DNA from: Salinispira sp. | GTDB taxonomy: Bacteria; Spirochaetota; Spirochaetia; DSM-27196; Salinispiraceae | DNA length: 64,000 nucleotides | Assembly (NCBI GenBank): GCA_965602015.1 | Contig: OZ271918.1 | Span: 640,001 to 704,000 of the forward strand | Direction: 5' to 3' | Shown: positions 1-7,852 of the stretch, one piece after another | Numbering within the stretch: position 1 is the first letter of the stretch | How the letters are laid out: each line of letters starts with the position of its first letter | The notes under the pieces: model-generated | What the model was told of the DNA's origin: nothing | Databases searched by the model: none | The model's input: only the letters and a program-made list of their open reading frames with translations | Made by a program: the position numbers and the translations under genes

Positions 1-152
1 CATTGTATCCGCCCAGTAATGCCGCGGCAAGCGCCGGTATTCCAGGCTCGCTTTCCCTTTCCGATGGTCATCCCCGCCTGATGCCGGCTTACCGGCGATA
101 TGGGTACACGCTCTCCCGGCGAAGTGAAGCCGGGAGAGCATTACATAGCCTG

Positions 153-1340
153 TTATTTGAGATCTGCCTGAATGACATGCTCCCGGCTGCTGATTGATTT
201 TATTACCGAGTCATGTGGGCGGTCATCGAGCTTAAGGGTACATACCGCCGCCTTGCCCCCGGAAAAAATAGAGTTTTCCATCTCTTCGATATTGATTTTC
301 GCTCCCCGCAACTCGTCGAGCACCGATGCGAGCACACCAATCTTGTTGAAATGGCGGACAACAAGGTTGCAGGACGCGCTGCTTTTTTCCCGGGCATTAA
401 CGCTGTTGACCGGCTTTCCGTTTTCAAAGTACGCCCGGACTATGTTGACCACTTCGTCGGCGATGGCATCGGCAGCCTGGGTGGTCGATGCACCGATGTG
501 GTGGGTGCCGGTAATTTTTTCTGCGAGGGAACTGTGGGGAAATACTTTCTCGCTGGCTCCCGGCTCGTTTTCGTATACGTCGAGGGCTACCTTGAGCTGC
601 TTTCTTTCAATGGCGGATTCCAGCGCTTGCGTATCGACCACTTCACCCCGGGAGGTATTGATAAAGTACGCACCGTCCTTCATGGCTGACAGGAAGTCGC
701 TACCGATTAGGTGAGCGGTCTCCGGGGCGGCGGCAAGGTGCACGGTGACTATGTCGGCCAGCTTCGCCAGGTCTTGGGGGCTCGAGCAGTACTGAACACC
801 CATTTCAGCGGCCTTTTCTTCGTTCAGGCTTCTCGACCAGGCGGCAACCTTCATCTCCATCGCTTGTGCAATGGCGGCAACCCGTTTGCCGATGGAACCC
901 ATTCCGAGAATACCGATGGTCCGGCCCTTTATTCCGCGGGCCTTGCTGTAGAGCTTTTTATTCCACACGCCGTTTTTTAGATCGCTGGCGTTGGCCACAA
1001 TATTTCGGTCCAGGGCGATCATCAGGCCGATGGTCAGTTCGGCTACCGCATCGGCATTTTTTCCGGGACAATTAGCCACATGGATTCCCATGGTAGACGC
1101 GGTTTCCAGATCGATGGTATTCACACCGGCTCCGGCCCGGATAATCAGGCTGAGGTTGCGGCCGGCCTCCATGACAGGGGCCTGAACCTTAGTGGATCGC
1201 ACCACCAGGATTTCGCTGTCCCCAATGTGATTTGGCAGATCTCCTGCGCTTAGGTCCGGTTCGAAGCGGATGTCGGCGCCCAGTTCCCGCAATGCCGTCA
1301 TTGCATTATCAGACAGTTTGTCAGCGATCAGTATTTTCAT
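153..1340 (-). CDS. serA: D-3-phosphoglycerate dehydrogenase-like 2-hydroxyacid dehydrogenase with C-terminal ACT domain
   Basis: 395-aa ORF with RAGAGVNTID, Rossmann GMGSIG, INTSRGEVVD, ALDVYENEP and HHIGAST motifs; ACT-like C-terminus (HFNKIGVLA). Confidence 0.8.
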   Translation of the reverse strand: MKILIADKLSDNAMTALRELGADIRFEPDLSAGDLPNHIGDSEILVVRSTKVQAPVMEAGRNLSLIIRAGAGVNTIDLETASTMGIHVANCPGKNADAVAELTIGLMIALDRNIVANASDLKNGVWNKKLYSKARGIKGRTIGILGMGSIGKRVAAIAQAMEMKVAAWSRSLNEEKAAEMGVQYCSSPQDLAKLADIVTVHLAAAPETAHLIGSDFLSAMKDGAYFINTSRGEVVDTQALESAIERKQLKVALDVYENEPGASEKVFPHSSLAEKITGTHHIGASTTQAADAIADEVVNIVRAYFENGKPVNSVNAREKSSASCNLVVRHFNKIGVLASVLDELRGAKINIEEMENSIFSGGKAAVCTLKLDDRPHDSVIKSISSREHVIQADLK

Positions 1341-1537
1341 AGCTATTACAATAGGCCCAAAATACCAGGCTGTAAATGTAAATCGGGATTATTTTACTAT
1401 TGCAGAAGTAACAAAACACCGACTTCCCGAAGAGGCCGGGCACCGGAATAGTTTTTGCCGATCCATTCTGCAATCGCTATGTTATACACATAGGCGATCT
1501 TTTTTGCCTGAGATTCAATGTAAAAGGATATGTAATT

Positions 1538-2233
1538 ATGAAAACTCTGATTGTTGCAGGCGCCGGCTCAGCTATTGCCGCTGCCACTCTCGAACACCTG
1601 GCAAATAACGGAGAACAGTGGAATATAGTCGCGTATTCAAGACAAGATCCGTCAATCGGGCATCCGCACGTGAGCTGGATTGAATGGGATGTGGCCAACG
1701 ACTTCCCGGGCTTGCCGGACGAAGTGGAGTCCGTCGACGCGCTTATGTACTGCCCAGGAAATATCAACCTGAAACCCTTTAAATCACTGAAGCTGTCGCA
1801 GTTCCAGGAGGACATGCATATCAATCTCTTCGGATCCATATCCCTGCTTCAGGAGGTTCTGCCAAAAATGACGGCGGGCGGGGATGTGTTATATATCTCG
1901 TCGGTCGCCGCCTCAACTGGTATGGCATACCATGCTTCCGTGGCATCGGCGAAATCCGCAGTGGAGGGCTTTGTCAAAGCCATGGCCGCAGAGTATGCGC
2001 CGAAAAATATCCGTTTCAACGCCGTAGCCCTGTCCCTCACCGACACCCCGCTGGCTTCCCGACTTCTCTCAAGCGATGATAAGCGCCAGGCAATGGCCGA
2101 GCGCCATCCCCTTAAGAGGGTGGGGGATCCCGCCGAGGTGGGAGCCCTGGCAGCGCACATTCTTGCGGGACAGTATTCCTGGATGACCGGTCACATTATA
2201 TCTATGGACGGAGGAATCGGCGCGCTTCGATAG
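1538..2233 (+). CDS. SDR family oxidoreductase
   Basis: N-terminal VAGAGSAIA nucleotide-binding motif, ISSVAA, IRFNAV and WMTGHIISMDGG; the catalytic YxxxK position reads VASAK. Confidence 0.85.
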   Translation: MKTLIVAGAGSAIAAATLEHLANNGEQWNIVAYSRQDPSIGHPHVSWIEWDVANDFPGLPDEVESVDALMYCPGNINLKPFKSLKLSQFQEDMHINLFGSISLLQEVLPKMTAGGDVLYISSVAASTGMAYHASVASAKSAVEGFVKAMAAEYAPKNIRFNAVALSLTDTPLASRLLSSDDKRQAMAERHPLKRVGDPAEVGALAAHILAGQYSWMTGHIISMDGGIGALR

Positions 2234-2255
2234 ATCCGGGCCGTCAACACGCATC

Positions 2256-2289
2256 AAAAAAAACAGCCCGGCATACGTCGCCGGGCTGT
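2256..2289 (-). terminator. Rho-independent terminator downstream of pfp, between convergent genes
   Basis: Stem ACAGCCCGGC/GCCGGGCTGT with an A8 run on + (U tract on -). Confidence 0.8.
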
Positions 2290-2322
2290 ATTGGTATACA
2301 AAGAGTTCCGATTTGGCAGCGC

Positions 2323-3987
2323 TTAGCGGGCGGCCTTGCGCTCCAGGGTCAGGGTGATGGTGGGTTGATCGCACACTTCTGTCGGGCCGTAGTACTGAAT
2401 CGCGCCGGGGAAGAAGTAGCTGGTGGTTTTCGCCCAGCTGTCGCGCTTTGAGGCGAATTCTTTGAACGGGGCTCCATCAAGCTCGACCAGCGCCTTTCGG
2501 ATGACCGGCTTCATTGAACCGTGACGCTGCTCCATGTTCATCATCATGGTCAGGGGAATGCCGCCGGCTATCCATTGGTCCGCGCTTTTATCAAGATCCC
2601 GAACGCTTGAAATGTATCCGGTCAGCCCGTTGGCAATAAGCAGGAATGCGGTGAACCCGAGGCTGTAGGTGTAATCCGCATCGAAGTTAGAGGGGAATGC
2701 GCAGCGGCCTTCGTAACCGAAGAAATGGGCCAGGGCTTTGAATGAACCGGAGAACGAGCCCTCAGCCTTTTCTTCCCTCAGCATTTCGCCGACCATCTCG
2801 ATGAGCAGCTTCTCCGTATCGATGAGGGAGACCTGTACGTTGCCATGGGGATCCCGATCGAGCAGCAGCTGCTGGCGGATTCCCCGGGGCAGACTTCCAA
2901 AGACCTTGGCGCTGTGGTCGCTGAGTTTTCCGACGGCGAACTCAGCCTGATCTTCGAAACTGCGCAGCGTAGCAAAATAGTCGGCGTTGTGAGCTAATAG
3001 GTCGTTTAATTCGCCGATCAGGGTTTTCATTTCGGGAATGAACTCTATGAGTCCCTCGGGAATCAGGGCGATGCCGAAATTCTCCCCGTTGTTTGAACGG
3101 ACCTTCACCACGTCGGCGATTTCCCGCACAACCTGGGACAGGCTCTTTTTCTTCTCCGCCACTTCTTCGCTAATTATGGCTACATTGGGATGGGTTTGAA
3201 GGGCGGCTTCAAGGCCGATATGACTTGCCGAGCGGCCCATCAGCTTGATGAAGTGCCAGTATTTCTTTGCGGAATTTGCGTCCCGCATGATGTTGCCGAT
3301 GAGTTCGCTATAGGTTTTTACCGCGGTGTCAAAACCAAAACTGGTTTCGATATACTCATTTTTCAAGTCGCCGTCGATGGTTTTTGGAACCCCAATCACC
3401 TGAATATCCGTGCCTTCCGACAGGAAGTACTCCGCCAAAAGAGCTGCATTGGTGTTTGAATCATCACCTCCGATAACGACGACGGCGTTTAACTTCTGCG
3501 TCTTTGCAGTTTCAAGGGCGGCGGCAAACTGTTGGGGGGTTTCGATTTTGGTTCGTCCGGAACCGATAATGTCGAAACCGCCGGTGTTGCGGTACTCATC
3601 GATGGTTTTATCATCAAACTCTACGAAAGAATTTTCCATGAGGCCGCTTGGTCCGCCGAGAAAACCGATGAGTTTTGACGAAGAATTAGCCTTCTTGATT
3701 CCGTCATAGAGGCCGGTGATTACATTGTGTCCGCCGGGAGCCTGGCCTCCGGAGAGGATGACTCCGACCCGAAGTTCCTTGTTTATTTCAGGATTTTTAC
3801 CCTGTTTGAATACGGCGATAGGCGCGCCGTAGGTCTTGGCGAAGAGCTTTTTGACATCGGTCTGGTCGGCGATCGATTCTGTGGGCGTGCCGAACTCGAC
3901 TTCGATATCCCGAATGTCACCCGTAAGAACGGCGGGTAACTTGGGCTGATAGGTATAGCGGGCTTTTTGCAGGGCGGATATTTCCAT
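2323..3987 (-). CDS. pfp: Pyrophosphate-dependent phosphofructokinase
   Basis: [23 protein letters not shown] and MGRSASH motifs; the GGDD/PKTIDGD signature indicates PPi use; AAGGAG RBS upstream. Confidence 0.93.
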   Translation of the reverse strand: MEISALQKARYTYQPKLPAVLTGDIRDIEVEFGTPTESIADQTDVKKLFAKTYGAPIAVFKQGKNPEINKELRVGVILSGGQAPGGHNVITGLYDGIKKANSSSKLIGFLGGPSGLMENSFVEFDDKTIDEYRNTGGFDIIGSGRTKIETPQQFAAALETAKTQKLNAVVVIGGDDSNTNAALLAEYFLSEGTDIQVIGVPKTIDGDLKNEYIETSFGFDTAVKTYSELIGNIMRDANSAKKYWHFIKLMGRSASHIGLEAALQTHPNVAIISEEVAEKKKSLSQVVREIADVVKVRSNNGENFGIALIPEGLIEFIPEMKTLIGELNDLLAHNADYFATLRSFEDQAEFAVGKLSDHSAKVFGSLPRGIRQQLLLDRDPHGNVQVSLIDTEKLLIEMVGEMLREEKAEGSFSGSFKALAHFFGYEGRCAFPSNFDADYTYSLGFTAFLLIANGLTGYISSVRDLDKSADQWIAGGIPLTMMMNMEQRHGSMKPVIRKALVELDGAPFKEFASKRDSWAKTTSYFFPGAIQYYGPTEVCDQPTITLTLERKAAR

Positions 3988-4239
3988 GCTGTCTCCTTAA
4001 AAAATAATGGGCTTGGTTGGGGGAATTGGCGTAGATTGTAGCGGATTTCTTCCGGTCTGTGAAGAACTGCCGTACGGCTGGTAACAGCCTCGAAATAAGG
4101 CGATTGCTCAATTACTTATTAAGAAAAGTAAATATAGTAAAAAATATATCTAAAGGGATCTTGCCATTTTGCCCTCATCGGTTACAATGGAAGACAAGGA
4201 AACCGCGTACCGTACCGGGCCGTATACATAGGAGCAGTT

Positions 4240-4905
4240 ATGTCCGATCAATCCGTTCTCAATGCAATAGATATTCGCTATAGCGACCTCGCTGAAGGGA
4301 GCTGCTGCCTTTCCTGCGGGGGAGCCATCGACAAATCCCAGCCAAAAGCCGGAGAGGTCTGCGTAGACCTGGGAAGCGGCCGGGGAACAGACCTCATACG
4401 TCTTGCCGAAGCGGTCGGTGAAACCGGCCATGTGCATGGGCTGGACATTAGTGACGGGATGCTTGCCAAGGCGTCCCGAACCGTGGAGAAGCTGGGGCTG
4501 TCCCGGCGGATCAGCCTTCATAAAAGTGATCTCCAAACCATACCCCTAAAATGCTCCAGCGTCGATTTGCTCATTTCGAACTGCACAATCAATCATGCTA
4601 AAAACAAAGCCCGGGTCTGGAAGGAGATCCATCGAGTTCTCAAAGACGGCGGGCGGTTTGTCGTCAGCGATATCTATTCGATCACCGAGGTTCCGGAACA
4701 ATACTCAAACGACCCCGCAGCCGTTGCCGAATGCTGGGCCGGTTCGGTTACCAGGGATAGTTATCTCCGCCAATTGTCGGACGCCGGTTTTGCTCAGATC
4801 GACATTGTTGAAAAGAGCGCGCCGTATGCCAAGGGGGAGATTGAAGTCTGTAGTTGGACGATCCGGGGTGTGAAGCGCGGCAGCGGCAGTTGCTGCTCGA
4901 AATAA
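4240..4905 (+). CDS. ArsM-like class I SAM-dependent methyltransferase
   Basis: VDLGSGRG SAM motif, DLLISNCTIN and CWAG (both resemble conserved ArsM Cys motifs), SCCLSCGG near the N-terminus, C-terminal CC; AGGAG RBS. Confidence 0.8.
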   Translation: MSDQSVLNAIDIRYSDLAEGSCCLSCGGAIDKSQPKAGEVCVDLGSGRGTDLIRLAEAVGETGHVHGLDISDGMLAKASRTVEKLGLSRRISLHKSDLQTIPLKCSSVDLLISNCTINHAKNKARVWKEIHRVLKDGGRFVVSDIYSITEVPEQYSNDPAAVAECWAGSVTRDSYLRQLSDAGFAQIDIVEKSAPYAKGEIEVCSWTIRGVKRGSGSCCSK

Positions 4906-4911
4906 GGGTTT

Positions 4912-4930
4912 ATCAGCTGTTTTCGGGGCA
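4912..4930. repeat. Solo copy of the GCCCC(C/G)AAAACAGCTGAT terminal repeat, interrupted by the IS110 element
   Basis: ATCAGCTGTTTTCGGGGCA is identical to 23870-23888; the expected continuation CT is found at 6236-6237, after the IS. Confidence 0.85.
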
Positions 4931-4947
4931 TATCTGAAAGCGGTGCC

Positions 4948-5114
4948 CCCCCGCAAGAGTTTTCATTGTTCTATTACAAAAATTCTGCAAATCGGTTTTG
5001 TCCGAGTCATATCTCCGCCATCCACGTGGCATGAAAATGTCCTTCCAGGGGTGTCGCAATCACTTTGCACAGCCTCGTATTCGCGCTGTAGCCCCAAAAA
5101 CGCGCTTACCCCTG
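4948..5114 (-). ncRNA. Putative bridge RNA / seekRNA of the IS1111-type element (boundaries approximate)
   Basis: Non-coding region 3' of the transposase contains matches to the target (5091-5101, 5061-5066) and to the circle junction (5027-5036, 5007-5014); 7-bp closing stem 5046-5052/5108-5114 and inner hairpin 5069-5073/5085-5089. Confidence 0.7.
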
Positions 5115-6158
5115 TCTGGACAAACCCGCTAATGCAGGATCTTTGTAATGCTGTTCTTTCTGCAATATCCAAAATATTGCTTCTGCTAAGTGCCGTGCCA
5201 CGGCGATTATTGCAACCTTATGATTACGTTTAGTACGAACTCTCTTGTAGAGTTTTACCGTATGTCGGTTCGCCCAATTTCTTTGATTAAGACAGGTTAC
5301 ATTAGCTGCTTCAGTAAGTGCCCACTTCAAGTATCGATTACATGCTTTCGATGTTCGACCATAATGAGTTTTACCTCCGCTCGAGTGAACGCGCGGCGTT
5401 GTACCACAGTATGATGCAAAATGTTCAGCGGTCTTAAAGCGATGTATGTCTCCAATTTCATGCACAATGACTGCGCTGAGAATAAATCCGATCCCGGGAA
5501 TGGATTTCACCAACTTCATTTCAGCATTTTCATCAAACGCTTCATGCATTCGTTGTTCGCAGTCGGTGATAGATTGCTTAATAAACGCGAGATTATCGAG
5601 CTTGAGTTTCATCATGGTGCGGGTATGCTCGGGGAGTTTTGGCATTACCTTCTTCATGGCTTCTGTACCTGCTTTTCCGAACAGATCGCTCACATCATTG
5701 AATCGAAACCCATATTTCTCGAACCCGGCATGAATTTGGTTCTTTTCACGTATCAACTCCTGAACGAACTGCATCCGGGTTCGATAGAGTTCTCGTTTAT
5801 CACGCAATTCTCCTGGTGGAATCCACACAGTAGGCAGTGTGCCTGCTTTTTGAAGTTTATTGAGACCTTCAGCATCGAGTTTGTCAGTTTTGTTAAACAT
5901 GGCCATCATCAATTTTGACTTACCGGCATGTACCAGCAAGGGGTTCATGCCGGCCTCCTCAATCTCATCCACAATCCAGTACCAACTTCCGATCGTTTCA
6001 AGTGCGACTTCCTGTCCCGGCTCAAATTGTTGGAGAAAATCACGAATACACCCGTGAGAATGTTCTATGCGCTGTGAGGATTTCCTTCCATTTTCGTCCT
6101 CAATTGCAGCCACGGTATACCGTTTATGGCTGTCGAGGGATATAATAGTATTACTCAT
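5106..6158 (-). CDS. IS110 family transposase/recombinase
   Basis: DEDD RuvC-like motifs SLDSHK, ALETIG and KTDKLDA; IPGIG; C-terminal TPRVHSSGGK serine motif; GGAGGAGG RBS. Confidence 0.95.
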   Translation of the reverse strand: MSNTIISLDSHKRYTVAAIEDENGRKSSQRIEHSHGCIRDFLQQFEPGQEVALETIGSWYWIVDEIEEAGMNPLLVHAGKSKLMMAMFNKTDKLDAEGLNKLQKAGTLPTVWIPPGELRDKRELYRTRMQFVQELIREKNQIHAGFEKYGFRFNDVSDLFGKAGTEAMKKVMPKLPEHTRTMMKLKLDNLAFIKQSITDCEQRMHEAFDENAEMKLVKSIPGIGFILSAVIVHEIGDIHRFKTAEHFASYCGTTPRVHSSGGKTHYGRTSKACNRYLKWALTEAANVTCLNQRNWANRHTVKLYKRVRTKRNHKVAIIAVARHLAEAIFWILQKEQHYKDPALAGLSRQG

Positions 6159-6262
6159 TTGGTTGTCCTCCTCCGGTATTTAATATAGACCCTGACTGGC
6201 AGGATCTCGGGGGAGGCACCGCTTTCATACCATCACTCTAATAATGTACAAGGAGGGATTCT

Positions 6263-6370
6263 ATGAAAAAGAATCTGAAGTCTCTCATACGCAAAAAGCC
6301 TCAGGGCGACAAGAAGCAGGCTCAGTGCTGTGCCAAGGTTTCTCCCGTCGTTGCGGGCTGTCACGACTGA
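6263..6370 (+). CDS. Putative RiPP precursor peptide, 35 aa, MKKNLKSLIRKKPQGDKKQAQCCAKVSPVVAGCHD (not in the ORF track)
   Basis: AAGGAGG RBS at 6250-6256 and ATG at 6263; Lys-rich leader-like half and a core with 3 Cys; lies directly upstream of a radical SAM/SPASM gene. Confidence 0.75.
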   Translation: MKKNLKSLIRKKPQGDKKQAQCCAKVSPVVAGCHD

Positions 6371-6457
6371 ACGCGGTTACCCGCGTGTGCCCCTCGGGGC
6401 CCGAAGGGCCGCTGAAACGGCGGTCCTCCGGTTTTTCTTTTCTGTAAGGATACTCCT

Positions 6458-7852
6458 ATGGCGGAAATTCTTTCGAAACACAACATTCTCACCCGGCTTC
6501 ATAACAAAGACGAATGGCTCCTGGTCAATCTTCTTCATCAGCAGGCGGACATTATTGAAGCTGATCTCGCAGATCAGATTCAAAATGGTGAAGTACTCAA
6601 CGCTGGTATCTCCGGCCCGGAGTACATCGAGTTAAAAGAGAAGGGGTATATAATTGATGATGCCCTCGAAGAGTCGAAATTCCGGCTTGCCTACGGAGAT
6701 TTTATACGCGCCAGGGACGAATCGGAAGTTCAGGTTTTCTACGTGCCTGGGTATTCCTGTAATTTTGCCTGCGGCTACTGCTATCAGGAAGGTTATGAGC
6801 ATGCCGCCCATCCGCAACAGGACGGAGTCATCGATGCCTTTTTTTCATATATCGATCGCAGCCTTGCAGGACGGTCCTGGTACCTGACGATTTTTGGCGG
6901 CGAACCTTTGCTGCCGGGGCCCAATCAGCGTCGAATTGTTGAAAAACTGATTAAAGGCTGTAACAGCAAGGGTGTATCCCTGGCTGTGGTGACCAACGGA
7001 TACTATTTAAAATCCTATATCGATCTGCTCTCTACCGCGGACATCAGAGAAATTCAGGTGACTCTTGATGGTGTGGGCGATGTGCATAACCGGCGCCGGC
7101 CGCTCAAAGCATCGGTCCACGGTGACCGTGATCCCTCGAGTTTCGAGGCGGTTGTGGCCGGTATTGATGCAGCCCTCGATGCGGGTTTTGTTGTAAATAT
7201 GCGCACGGTTCTGGACCGGGATAATCTTCCGGCTCTTCCCGATCTGGCAGATTTTGCTATCAGGAAGGGCTGGACGGGCAGGCGGAATTTCAAAACCCAG
7301 CTCGGACGGAATTACGAGCTTCATTCATGTCAGGCGAGTCAAAAACGCCTGTACAGTCGTCTCGAAATGTATTCCGACCTTTTCGATCTCATTTGTGAGC
7401 ATCCCCGGGTCCTGGAATTCCATGTTCCGGCGTACAGCATCTCTCGCTTCCTGTTTGAAAACGGCGAACTTCCCATGCCCCTGTTCGACAGTTGCCCAGG
7501 GACAAAAATCGAATGGGCCTTCGACTCAAGCGGGAAGGTGTATGCCTGCACCGCTACGGTGGGAAAGTCTGGGCAGGAACTGGGATCTTTTTATCCGCAA
7601 CAGAATCTGGACACCGATGCTGTGGAGCTGTGGGAGGATCGGGATGTCCTCTCCATAGATGAATGCCGCAGCTGTTCGCTCAACCTCGCCTGCGGGGGGG
7701 GGTGTGCGGCGATTGCCCTCAACCGCAACGGCGGGCTAAACACACCGGACTGCCGGCCGGTTGATGCCCTCATGTCCCTGGGGGTAAGCCTGTACGCCAG
7801 CCTGGACTTACCGACGAGGACTGAACTATCAGGAGGAAGTGATGGCGGGTAA
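6458..7852 (+). CDS. Radical SAM / SPASM domain protein, probable peptide maturase
   Basis: CNFACGYC (CxxxCxxC), FGGEPLL, VVTNGY and QVTLDG; SPASM Cys pattern SCPG...GKVYAC...CRSCSLNLACGGGC...PDC; ~90-aa N-terminal extension. Confidence 0.9.
   Translation: MAEILSKHNILTRLHNKDEWLLVNLLHQQADIIEADLADQIQNGEVLNAGISGPEYIELKEKGYIIDDALEESKFRLAYGDFIRARDESEVQVFYVPGYSCNFACGYCYQEGYEHAAHPQQDGVIDAFFSYIDRSLAGRSWYLTIFGGEPLLPGPNQRRIVEKLIKGCNSKGVSLAVVTNGYYLKSYIDLLSTADIREIQVTLDGVGDVHNRRRPLKASVHGDRDPSSFEAVVAGIDAALDAGFVVNMRTVLDRDNLPALPDLADFAIRKGWTGRRNFKTQLGRNYELHSCQASQKRLYSRLEMYSDLFDLICEHPRVLEFHVPAYSISRFLFENGELPMPLFDSCPGTKIEWAFDSSGKVYACTATVGKSGQELGSFYPQQNLDTDAVELWEDRDVLSIDECRSCSLNLACGGGCAAIALNRNGGLNTPDCRPVDALMSLGVSLYASLDLPTRTELSGGSDGG

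Larger units (their letters stand above)
4931..6235 (-). mobile_element. IS110-family insertion sequence, IS1111-type (subterminal inverted repeats, non-coding region downstream of the transposase)
   Basis: 13-bp subterminal IRs TGAAAGCGGTGCC (4935-4947) and GGCACCGCTTTCA (6215-6227); CA core on both sides (4929-4930 and 6234-6235); visibly AT-richer than the flanks. Confidence 0.9.

Noticed and set aside
110..139. Hairpin GCTCTCCCGGC/GCCGGGAGAGC downstream of serA
   Set aside because: No U tract on either strand and no second copy in the window, so it is not called as a terminator or repeat.
6244..6635. Track ORFs 6244-6447, 6330-6635 and 6377-6583
   Set aside because: They lack a well-placed RBS and overlap the better supported 6263-6370 peptide, the hairpins or the rSAM gene.
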